Shown: positions 41,566 to 50,412 of the stretch, piece by piece
How the letters are laid out: each line of letters opens with the position of its first letter
Position numbering within the stretch: the first letter of the stretch is position 1
DNA from: an uncultured bacterium
GTDB taxonomy: Bacteria; Zixibacteria; MSB-5A5; GN15; FEB-12
DNA length: 64,000 nt
Assembly: GCA_965372795.1 (NCBI GenBank)
Contig: CBDVDR010000004.1
Span: 161,449 to 225,448, forward strand
Reading direction: 5' to 3'
Program-made: the position numbers and the translations under genes
Notes under the pieces: generated by a model
What the model saw: the letters and a program-made list of their open reading frames with translations, nothing else
The model's database searches: none
Told to the model about the DNA's origin: nothing

Positions 41566-42576
41566 TCAATTTCTTGATTTTATCTCCTTAACCAGTTCAT
41601 CGGTATACTCAGTAGTAGAGGCTGTCCCGCCCAGATCACGGGTCAGGCATTTTCCCTCGGCAAGAGTCACAATGGTCGATTTCCAGATTCGAGTTGCGGC
41701 ATCATCTTCACCCAGATGACGAAGCATCAGCAATGCGGAAAATATCAAAGCTGTCGGATTAACTAAATTTTTACCGGCAATATCCGGAGCCGTACCATGG
41801 ACAGCCTCAAAAACAGCATAATCTTTCCCGATATTGGCTCCCGGCACTACTCCCAGACCGCCAACCAGACCGGCAGCCAGATCAGAAACTATATCTCCAA
41901 ACAGATTACCTAACAGAAGCACATCATACTTGGATGGATCCATCACAAGATTCATACAAAGGGCATCAACAATTTTATCTTCAGCTTCAATTTCAGGGTA
42001 ACCCTTGGCAACTTCTTCGAAGGTTCGCAAAAACAAACCATCAGAAATTTTCATAATATTGGCTTTGTGAACAAATGTAACTTTTTTACGGCCATGCTCT
42101 TTGGCATAATCAAAGGCATACTTTGCAATTCGCGCCGAAGCAGTTTCGGTGACAATTTTTATCGCCTGTGAAACTCCGGGAGTAATCATATTCTCTATCC
42201 CGACATACAAATCTTCGGTATTCTCCCGAACAATTACCAAATCGACTTTATTGTAACGACTTGGAATTCCCCCAATGGTTTTGACCGGACGAAGGTTCGC
42301 ATATAAATCAAGTTTCTGCCTCAGAGTTACATTAGCCGACTTGAACCCTTTCCCGACCAGCGTTGTAACTGGTCCTTTGAGACCAACCTTATTTTCACGG
42401 ATAGATTCAAGTAACGATTCAGGTACCGAAACCCCATGTTGTTGAATAGCAGGAATCCCAGCCTCATGTCGATCCCATTCTATATCAACTCCCGCAGCTT
42501 CTATTACTTGCTCGACCGATTTAGTTATTTCTGGTCCTACTCCGTCGCCTGGGATTAAAGTAACTTTATATGCCAT
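41566..42576 (-). CDS. icd: Isocitrate/isopropylmalate dehydrogenase family, NAD-IDH-like
   Basis: PGDGVGPE, S.NV.LR..LDLYAN.RP, RENTEDLY, HKANIMK, NLFGDI.SD, FEAVHGTAPDIAG. Confidence 0.85.
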   Translation of the reverse strand: MAYKVTLIPGDGVGPEITKSVEQVIEAAGVDIEWDRHEAGIPAIQQHGVSVPESLLESIRENKVGLKGPVTTLVGKGFKSANVTLRQKLDLYANLRPVKTIGGIPSRYNKVDLVIVRENTEDLYVGIENMITPGVSQAIKIVTETASARIAKYAFDYAKEHGRKKVTFVHKANIMKISDGLFLRTFEEVAKGYPEIEAEDKIVDALCMNLVMDPSKYDVLLLGNLFGDIVSDLAAGLVGGLGVVPGANIGKDYAVFEAVHGTAPDIAGKNLVNPTALIFSALLMLRHLGEDDAATRIWKSTIVTLAEGKCLTRDLGGTASTTEYTDELVKEIKSRN

Positions 42577-42695
42577 ATTTCCTCCATATATTTGTTTATT
42601 GAGTACTCCAATAGAACATTAAATTCAAGTATTTGTTTCAATAAATTAATCCCAATCAGTTGCGTCATGGGTCACATTGTATTATTTTAAAGTCT

Positions 42696-43748
42696 ATGGA
42701 AGATAAACGGCTGGAAACCACTATAAAATTGACTGCTGAGGTTAGCTGCGCCGGTTGAGCGTCTAAACTATCGCCAAAGGTTTTGGCGAAAGCACTTAAA
42801 AATTTACCGATCTCTCAGAATAAAAACCTTCTCGTAGGTTTTAATAAAGCTGATGATGCCGGAGTGTATAAAATAAATGATGAGCTCGCGTTAGTGCAGA
42901 CCGTTGATTTTTTCCCTCCGATTGTTGATGATCCTTATAATTTCGGTAGGATCGCCGCAGCCAATGCCCTGTCAGATATTTATGCAATGGGCGGTCAACC
43001 CTTAACAGCTTTGAACATTGTCGCTTTTCCATCCAATCTTCCCGAATCTGTTCTGGGAGAAATTCTTCGGGGTGGTGCGGAAAAAGTTGAAGAGGCTGGT
43101 GCGGTTATCGTCGGAGGTCATTCAATTAAAGATAATGAATTGAAATACGGTATTTCAGTAACCGGACAGATTGACCCAAAAAAAATCATCACTAACTCCG
43201 GTGCAAAAGTCGGCGATAAATTATATCTGACCAAACCATTAGGAACCGGAATTATCACAACCGGAATTAAAAGAGGAACCGTTGATAAGCAATTATCAGA
43301 TATTGTAACTGACCAGATGGCTGCTCTTAATAAAGATGCCGGCGAATTGATGGTCAAATACAATGCCAATGCTGCAACCGATATTACCGGATATGGTTTG
43401 ATGGGACATACCCTTGAAATGGCTGAGGGTTCAGAAGTCACAATTCGAATATTTTCTGACAAACTTCCTGTCCTCCCCCAAGCTCTGGAACTGGCTGAAT
43501 TAAAAATGATTCCCGGAGGTGCCAACTCCAACCGTGAATTTGTTGATGGTAAATGGAAACTCGAAAATAAGATTGATAAAAATTTAGAACATATACTTTT
43601 TGATCCCCAGACTTCAGGGGGACTGTTTATTTCGCTTCCACAAGAAAATTGTGAAGCCTTCGAAAATGAACTTCGGACCAAAGGTCTGCCGGTTCATGCC
43701 ATAGGTCAGGTCGAAGAAAAAATTGATGTCCCTATCATCGTTGAATAA
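42696..43748 (+). CDS. selD: Selenide, water dikinase (selenophosphate synthetase), selenocysteine-containing
   Basis: ATG 42696 gives MEDKRLETTIKLTAEVSCAG-TGA(42756-58)-ASKLSP, in frame with the 42783 ORF; DDAGVY, TVDFF.PIVDDP, DITGYGL.GH, DPQTSGGL. Confidence 0.95.
42771..42789 (+). promoter_or_regulatory. Bacterial SECIS-like stem-loop
   Basis: tcgccaaa-ggt-tttggcga perfect 8-bp stem with a G-containing loop, starting 12 nt after the in-frame UGA. Confidence 0.8.
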
Positions 43749-43763
43749 AGTAAGTTTAAGTAA

Positions 43764-45878
43764 ATGAAATTAGAAATCCCTAATAACCGTCGTCTGTATT
43801 TTATCATCATGGCAATAATTTTTGTCGGCGGATTCATATTCTGGATTTCTGATCTATCATCTGACCCTCCGATGTATTATTCAGGACTGGGACAATCACT
43901 CTCAACCGACCCCTCGCAATATTTTTTCCATGCCCGTAACAAATTAATCTTTGATGAATTCGACCCCTTTGATTATTCCCGATGGACCGTCTATCAACAT
44001 TCAATCACCTCTTTAGTAAATTATTTTTGGCTTTCAATTGTAGGCGTATCAATCACCAAGGCAAACGCTGTCGGAGTTTTCTTCTGTTTTGGAGCCTTGA
44101 TATTTTTTATACTTGGCATGCTTCGCCACCACAGCCCCTGGGTTGCGGCGGCTCTATCACTCTGCTTTGTGTTGAATGTTTCCCTGCTGACCTATGGAAG
44201 ATTAACCTATCTTGAAAACGGTTTAATATTTCTAAGCTCATTGTTGTTTTATGTCTACTCATATTGGGGCGATAAACAATGGGGCGTTATCCTTAGCGGA
44301 TTCATTATATCTCTGGCGATGCTAACCGGCAAATTTTTCGGCGTCCTGCTTCTTCCGGCCTTCCTATTAGCCCTGTTCTTTGCCAACCAAAAAGATCGAT
44401 GGAAAAACATATCTATTGGAACCGGAAGTTTCCTCCTCTCTTCACTTATCATAACCTTGGTTCTGTACGGTACAAACTTCTCGGCTGCCTTTGGATATGT
44501 CACCGAACAATCCTACGGCTTACGAGGGTTCCCGGCCGGTCTTAGTTCACCCCTTGCTTTTTTCGAGCATCTTATATCGTTTGGGTTTGCCAATCGTCTG
44601 TTCTATCTTGACCCCGATATTTTCATGTTCATCATTGCGAGTGGCATCTTTCTGATTTATCTCAACGCCAAAGGAATGAAACTGTCCGACCTGTCCCGCC
44701 CGACAATGCTTTCGATTCTCTGGGTTGTCATAACTTTTACAGGGTTGATGCCGTTAAATTATTCCCCCGTTCGCTATACTCTGTTCATGCTTCCCCCCGT
44801 TATTATCGCAGCATTTTTGCTTACCGATACGCTCTACCATAAAAAATTAAAAAACATACCGACTTTCACAAAACTCCACCTCGCCAGCTTGGGAGTTTTA
44901 CTTTGGTTTGCATCTTTTCAAATTATTGGAAATTTCTTTTTCTTCAATACCCAGCCGCAGCCTATCGCAACTCTTACCTGGATGAGCTTGCCAATCGCAA
45001 TCGGTTTGACGGTTATAATTAAAACACTATTTGAAAAAGAATATATCAAATTTAACAAAAGGCTCGTTACCCTTTCACTTATTATCATGCTGGCGATGTC
45101 AGTCACTTCCAACTCTTTCCGAATCCGCCGCCTGCACATTCTTGACAACAACTATAACATCATTGAAGCCAATCTGGATATCGAACAAATCCTTGGTGAA
45201 AATGCGGTTGTATCAGGTCCCTACGGCTCGGTGCTGACGGCTAACACAAAGGTCAAATCGTTCATCCATCTCTTTGGTGTAGCAAACGTTGATTCAACTC
45301 TTTTTGACCGCTACCCGATCACCCACGTTGCTGTGGATGCTTCCAATTGGAACCTTGCCCAAAAGGATTACCCGCAACTTCAACAACTTCAACCGGTCAC
45401 ATCCTACTGGATCCGTGATTATGAGGTGCAGCTTTATAATATCAGCAAACTGTTTTCCAATAAAACCGCCAACGCCTACGAAGAGACTGATTATGAAAAA
45501 GGGCTCGCATCTTTTTATGAAAACGAAACCGAAACAGCCTTAGAATTTGCCCATCAATTTTATAACGATCATCCTGAATCAAAATCAGGAAATATCTTAC
45601 TGATCGACTTGTTATCCGGACAACAAAAATTTGATGATGTTTATCGTCTGCTGATTGACCTTGCCGCCCGCTACCCTACCGATTTCTTTCTACAGCTTCA
45701 ATGTGGCAGATTTCTCCAGATCATGTCATTCTCATTAAATGATCAATCGCTTTATCTGCAGGCTCAAAAATATTACGAAAAGGCTGTCGAGGTAAACCGC
45801 TTCAAAGGCACCTACGCCTACAATATGTTTACCCATACCGCCCGTCAGCTGAACGGGAATGGTAACCTCACGCCGTAA
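43764..45878 (+). CDS. GT-C (PMT/ArnT-like) membrane glycosyltransferase with C-terminal TPR-like helices
   Basis: N-terminal loop TDP..Y...ARN, many TM helices, YGR..YLE, K in TGKF, P.RY. Confidence 0.7.
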   Translation: MKLEIPNNRRLYFIIMAIIFVGGFIFWISDLSSDPPMYYSGLGQSLSTDPSQYFFHARNKLIFDEFDPFDYSRWTVYQHSITSLVNYFWLSIVGVSITKANAVGVFFCFGALIFFILGMLRHHSPWVAAALSLCFVLNVSLLTYGRLTYLENGLIFLSSLLFYVYSYWGDKQWGVILSGFIISLAMLTGKFFGVLLLPAFLLALFFANQKDRWKNISIGTGSFLLSSLIITLVLYGTNFSAAFGYVTEQSYGLRGFPAGLSSPLAFFEHLISFGFANRLFYLDPDIFMFIIASGIFLIYLNAKGMKLSDLSRPTMLSILWVVITFTGLMPLNYSPVRYTLFMLPPVIIAAFLLTDTLYHKKLKNIPTFTKLHLASLGVLLWFASFQIIGNFFFFNTQPQPIATLTWMSLPIAIGLTVIIKTLFEKEYIKFNKRLVTLSLIIMLAMSVTSNSFRIRRLHILDNNYNIIEANLDIEQILGENAVVSGPYGSVLTANTKVKSFIHLFGVANVDSTLFDRYPITHVAVDASNWNLAQKDYPQLQQLQPVTSYWIRDYEVQLYNISKLFSNKTANAYEETDYEKGLASFYENETETALEFAHQFYNDHPESKSGNILLIDLLSGQQKFDDVYRLLIDLAARYPTDFFLQLQCGRFLQIMSFSLNDQSLYLQAQKYYEKAVEVNRFKGTYAYNMFTHTARQLNGNGNLTP

Positions 45879-45901
45879 TATTTTTCAATAACTGAAAATA
45901 A

Positions 45902-46486
45902 TCAACTGCCTTCAAATTTCCTGACCACAAATTCCCAATTAACTAATTCCCAAAAAGTTTTTATATATTCAGGACGTGCATTTCGATAATCGATATAATA
46001 GGCATGCTCCCAGACATCACAGGTCAACAATGGAATATCACCATCACGAACCGGACAACCCGCATTGGCTGTGGTTTTTATGGCGAGTTTCCCAGCCTCT
46101 GTTTTCACTAACCAGCACCAGCCTGAACCTAAAAGAGTAGCGGCGGAATTTGAAAATTTCTCCTTAAATTCAACTAATGAACCAAACTCACTATTGATTG
46201 CTTCGCCCAGCATCGACGATGGCACTCCGCCACCCTTTGGTGATAAACAGTGCCAATAAAAGGAATGGTTAAATATTTGAGCCGCGTTGTTAAAAATCCC
46301 GCCCTCGGCGGTTTTGATAATCTCTTCCAGTGACTTCCCCTCATACTCGGTTCCATCAACCAGCTTGTTAAGATTGTTGACATACGCCTGATGATGTTTC
46401 CCATAATGAAATTCTATTGTTTCTTCTGAAATAAACGGTGCTAAACTTGTTTTTTCAAACGGCAGATTTGGCAACTCGTATAACAT
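45902..46486 (-). CDS. sodB: Superoxide dismutase [Fe]
   Basis: HYGKHH, FNNAAQ..NH (AAQ is Fe-type), GSGW, DVWEHAYY. Confidence 0.95.
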   Translation of the reverse strand: MLYELPNLPFEKTSLAPFISEETIEFHYGKHHQAYVNNLNKLVDGTEYEGKSLEEIIKTAEGGIFNNAAQIFNHSFYWHCLSPKGGGVPSSMLGEAINSEFGSLVEFKEKFSNSAATLLGSGWCWLVKTEAGKLAIKTTANAGCPVRDGDIPLLTCDVWEHAYYIDYRNARPEYIKTFWELVNWEFVVRKFEGS

Positions 46487-46742
46487 ACAGACCTCCTTTT
46501 CTTCAAGGTTTTTCCACTTTTCTTGGGGTTCTATACAAGTTAATTGATATTTATCGACAAGTCAATCTACGTATAATCAGGAGGAAAAAGAACTTTTTTG
46601 TCGGGTTGGTGATCTTAAATATCACCAATAACAATAATTTCCTGATATCTTTTTGTTGAATTGATCGTAAGAAAATATATAAATGGAATTATAAGAAACA
46701 GTCACCACAACGATTTATAAAAATTTACGATAGGTGCATGAT

Positions 46743-47024
46743 ATGGAAATCGGATTAATTTATTCAGAAAAGGACCCCCGTCAGATTAAAACCAGAAACT
46801 TTCTCCGGAATTATTTAAAAGAGCATGGTATTCTGGCAAAGTTTACTGAAAAAAAACAAAAGGTCGAGATTCCAACGATCACGATTAATGGATGTCGTAT
46901 TTTTACTGAAATGTCAAAAGTTAAAGTTTCAGATGATTCGATTAAGACTAAACCGGCTTCACGTCCATTCCCAAAACTAATTGATATCGCCAAAGCTATC
47001 GAGCAAAACCTCTGGAGCCTGTAG
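46743..47024 (+). CDS. Small hypothetical protein, glutaredoxin/Rdx-like fold without CxxC
   Basis: IYSEKDPRQ..TRNFL; IPTITING; FP...DI..AI. Confidence 0.55.
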   Translation: MEIGLIYSEKDPRQIKTRNFLRNYLKEHGILAKFTEKKQKVEIPTITINGCRIFTEMSKVKVSDDSIKTKPASRPFPKLIDIAKAIEQNLWSL

Positions 47025-47044
47025 CATTCCAAGCAAAATTGGTT

Positions 47045-49597
47045 TTATCGACCATATTTATCAAGAAATTCTTTAACTGTCTTGGTATTTGGGTGTTGCT
47101 CTCCATGAGATACCTTAAAAATATCATAGGCTTTTTTCCACAGATCTCTTGCTTTTTCATATTCACCCAAATCTTTATATACCGTAGCTAAATTGGATTG
47201 ACTTATTGCAACTAAATGATGTTTATCACCGTAGTTTTCAATATTTGATTGCAAAGCTCGCTCTATCAGATCTTTTGCTTTTTCTAAATCTCTCAAAGCT
47301 AGATATACAACAGCTAAATTGGACTGTATTCTTGCGACAGAAGGATGTTTGTCACCATAGTTTTCAATATCTGTTTGCAAAGCTTGCTCTAACAGCTCTC
47401 TGGCTTTTTCATATTCACCCAAATTATTATATACTACAGCTAAATTGGATTGACGTTTTGTGACAGAAGGATGTTTGTTACCGTAGTTTTCTATGTCTGT
47501 TTGCAAAGATTGTTCTAACAGATCTCTTGCTTTTTCAAATTCACCCAAATTTTTATAAACCACAGCTAAATTGGACTGACGTCTTGCGACAGAAGGATGT
47601 TTGTCGCCATAGTTTTCAATATCTGTTTGCAATGCTTGTTCTAACATATCTCTTGCTTTTTCAAATTCACCCAAATCTAGATAAACAAGAGCTAAAATGG
47701 ACTGACGTGTTGTGACAACAGGGTGTTTGTCACCGTAGTTTTCAACATCTGTTTTTAAAGCTTGTATTAACAACTCTCTTGCTTTTTCAAACTTACCCAA
47801 ATCTTTATATACTGTAGCTAAATTAGACTGAATTGTTGCGATATAAGGATGTTTGTCACCGTGGTTTTCTTTACCTGTTTTTAAAGCTTGTTCTAACAGT
47901 TCTCTTGCATTTTCAAATTCACCCATTTCTATATATACTAGAGCTAAATTGGACTTTAAATTTGATGTTATATCAGAACTGTCATCTATAATTTGTTTTA
48001 AAAGAGCCTCACCAAAAGGTATAAAATGAAACTTATCTATCGGATTATCTTTTGATTGATCAATATAGAGTAATCCAGAAACTCTTTCAGTAAGAAGTTT
48101 CAAATCCTCTATTGTAATCCCCAATCGAGGAATAAGTGCCTCAACAAGCACCGGGTGCATCTTGTAACTGTCGGCTTTATCATCTTTTAATACAAAACCT
48201 TGATCGCAAACATTCTCAAGCATCCCCCCGAATTCATCACTCCAGTCAAGCTTATCCTTATCTAATAACCTTGATAAGAATTCATAATCAATCCATTGAT
48301 TAGGCAGTGCTGTAAACTGTTTCAACAAATAAATTTCATGTTCGGTGAGTCCGCTAATATCAAAAATACTTGTTATATATGATTTGATACGATCAATTTT
48401 ATCAACATTATGTTTTACTTTAATCCCCGCTTTGGCATCCTGTGCAAAGGCACTTTTAACTGTGTCATATTCCCAGTGGTTTCTCTGTGCCGACTTTGCC
48501 AATATTTCAATAGTAAGAGTGTGAAGTTCTACACCCTTAACAATAGTCTGTATTTCTTCAGTAGAAAAATCGTTGTGATATTTTTTAAATAATTCAATCG
48601 CTTCATCTTCAGGTAGAAAATCCAAATTTATTATTTTGAAATGGTCAATATGTTTCCTCGATGTTACCAGAAGGTGCCAGCCGGGTGCTTTGGGCAATTT
48701 GTTATAATGTTCAGCTAAATTTTCATGAGCGTTATCAATAACAAGAAGTTTTGGTTTATCACTTTGTAAAGTACGCAATTTATTCAAGCAGCTAATTAAC
48801 GGTTCGCTCAGTTCTTCCTCTGCTATTTTTAAATTCTTTATAAGTGATGTATTTGCAATTATTGCTTCTTCCAAACTGTTCTCTATTGTCAGCAATACTA
48901 TATGGTCATATTCATCATAAAACTCTGTCAGGTAGACAGCCGCTAAAGTTGTTTTACCAATTCCACCCATCCCATTAATAAGAGCCGTATCGTGGTTTTG
49001 CATAAGTGATTCCCGCAAATCCTGCAAATCTTTCTCCCTGCCCACAATATCATCTTTGGAAATGCGTACCCATTCAGTAAGTTCTTTGGGATAAGAATTA
49101 CCAGAGCCTTCTGGATTAATGAACTTTCTTAGAAGATTGATTAGTTCATAAACATTATCTGAAATTGTAAATATTTCTTCTTGGTAGTTTTCCTCAATGG
49201 CGAGTTTTTTTAGTTCATCATCTTCATTAATATTCTGTTCAAAAATATTTAAAAAATCGTGAATCTGCTCTTTTTCAGGTACTATAAATTTGTTGTTATT
49301 TTTAAATTCAGATAGAATTTTTTCATCATCGGTTTTGTAACCGGATTTGCAGAAAAAACGATGTTTTAAAAGTTCTTCCAAAATAATTTGTGACTGATAA
49401 AACGGGGATTTGCCATTGGATTCAGGAATAGCGTTAACTTTGCTGAATTCTTCTATTGTAATATTGATAACATCGATAAGTTTTTTCTCGAACTTCTTCT
49501 TATTCTTTTTATTTACTATCGCGTCTAAACCTTTTTTTAGACCATACGATACAACTGTTTTTGCGACAATTCCTGCTAATGTGATTGGATCAAACAT
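47045..49597 (-). CDS. NLR-like STAND NTPase (NB-ARC) with 7 x 42-aa TPR repeats
   Basis: VGRE, Walker A GMGGIGKTT, Walker B LLVIDN, LVTSR, MHP; start moved to MFDPI (GGGGA RBS). Confidence 0.9.
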   Translation of the reverse strand: MFDPITLAGIVAKTVVSYGLKKGLDAIVNKKNKKKFEKKLIDVINITIEEFSKVNAIPESNGKSPFYQSQIILEELLKHRFFCKSGYKTDDEKILSEFKNNNKFIVPEKEQIHDFLNIFEQNINEDDELKKLAIEENYQEEIFTISDNVYELINLLRKFINPEGSGNSYPKELTEWVRISKDDIVGREKDLQDLRESLMQNHDTALINGMGGIGKTTLAAVYLTEFYDEYDHIVLLTIENSLEEAIIANTSLIKNLKIAEEELSEPLISCLNKLRTLQSDKPKLLVIDNAHENLAEHYNKLPKAPGWHLLVTSRKHIDHFKIINLDFLPEDEAIELFKKYHNDFSTEEIQTIVKGVELHTLTIEILAKSAQRNHWEYDTVKSAFAQDAKAGIKVKHNVDKIDRIKSYITSIFDISGLTEHEIYLLKQFTALPNQWIDYEFLSRLLDKDKLDWSDEFGGMLENVCDQGFVLKDDKADSYKMHPVLVEALIPRLGITIEDLKLLTERVSGLLYIDQSKDNPIDKFHFIPFGEALLKQIIDDSSDITSNLKSNLALVYIEMGEFENARELLEQALKTGKENHGDKHPYIATIQSNLATVYKDLGKFEKARELLIQALKTDVENYGDKHPVVTTRQSILALVYLDLGEFEKARDMLEQALQTDIENYGDKHPSVARRQSNLAVVYKNLGEFEKARDLLEQSLQTDIENYGNKHPSVTKRQSNLAVVYNNLGEYEKARELLEQALQTDIENYGDKHPSVARIQSNLAVVYLALRDLEKAKDLIERALQSNIENYGDKHHLVAISQSNLATVYKDLGEYEKARDLWKKAYDIFKVSHGEQHPNTKTVKEFLDKYGR
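47075..47965 (-). repeat. Coding tandem repeat, 126-bp (42-aa) TPR units, 7 copies
   Basis: QSNLA.VY..LGE.EKAR.LLEQAL.TD.ENYGDKHP.V repeated; near-identical DNA blocks visible. Confidence 0.92.
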
Positions 49598-49628
49598 TAT
49601 ATAAATCCCCATCTGGTGCTTGATAGTC

Positions 49629-49662
49629 GGGTGCCCCACTCCGCCAATGGCGGACGGTGGGA
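49629..49662. repeat. GC-rich REP-like hairpin with a nested tccgcc-aat-ggcgga stem
   Basis: gggtg-cccca-c-tccgccaatggcgga-cg-gtggga, about 30 bp upstream of the NB-ARC start. Confidence 0.6.
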
Positions 49663-49958
49663 TAAGTAAGAATTTTCCTCAAAGTCTGCTCCCTGTCATA
49701 AACCTGCAATTTAGTTTATGGATAAATATATGTAATTTGATTTATTAATCAAGCCCTCCTCGTATGCCTCATTTTCCCCACACTTTCACAAGTGAATACG
49801 AAACCGTACCCCTATATAAAAGGAGGAACGGTAAGTTATGCCCAAAATCGTACATCCAAAAATCAATGAATCACTCGATGTGAAAAAACACAGAAAATCA
49901 CAAAAAGTGCGTTTATGGTACCGTAACATTTGAAATATGCGCAAGTATACAAAAGTAA

Positions 49959-50095
49959 CAAAACGAACCCATTTTCATTGTAAAAATAAATCCCAGAAGG
50001 AGTTACAGCGAAAAACTTGATGATAATAAACCACCCAAAGTATGTCGCCAGAGATAATCACACGAAGTGTGCAAAACGAACCCATTTTCATTGTA
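49959..50095 (+). repeat. 24-bp perfect direct repeat, 2 copies (caaaacgaacccattttcattgta)
   Basis: Copies at 49959-49982 and 50072-50095. Confidence 0.85.
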
Positions 50096-50412
50096 CAAGA
50101 GACCTGAGCTGTGATTCTGTCTTAATTTCTTATGATTCAATAACTTGACTATCGTCTTATGTCGCCCATCCAACTTTACCTCCATGTGATTCAACCACTT
50201 ACAGGCAAAACTTAAAATATTTGCCATGTCTGAGCAAAACTGCTATACTTAGGGCTATGTTGTTTTTGAACAATCGGTATGATCTCAGCTAAGATTATTG
50301 TTTTAAACTATCAATTTAAAAAAGCTGAGATATATTATCGGGTTGTAAAGATAATGAAAGTAAACTCTCTGTTCTAACAATTGACAAATGAGCAGATACA
50401 AAGAAACAGGAC

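Noticed and set aside
42756..42758. selD pseudogene or alternative genetic code
   Set aside because: The TGA lies exactly at the Sec position with a SECIS-like hairpin, and TGA is an ordinary stop in other genes (e.g. PEP-CTERM, htpX).
43118..43681. 187-aa antisense ORF (also 51738-52301, 51488-51967 and other short overlapping ORFs in the track)
   Set aside because: Shadow ORFs of well-supported genes, with no motifs of their own.
47075..47965. Diversity-generating retroelement target in the TPR repeats
   Set aside because: No reverse transcriptase or separate template repeat in the window; the repeats are in-frame coding units.
49959..50095. Mini-CRISPR from the 24-bp repeat pair
   Set aside because: Only two copies, an 89-bp gap, no palindrome and no cas genes.
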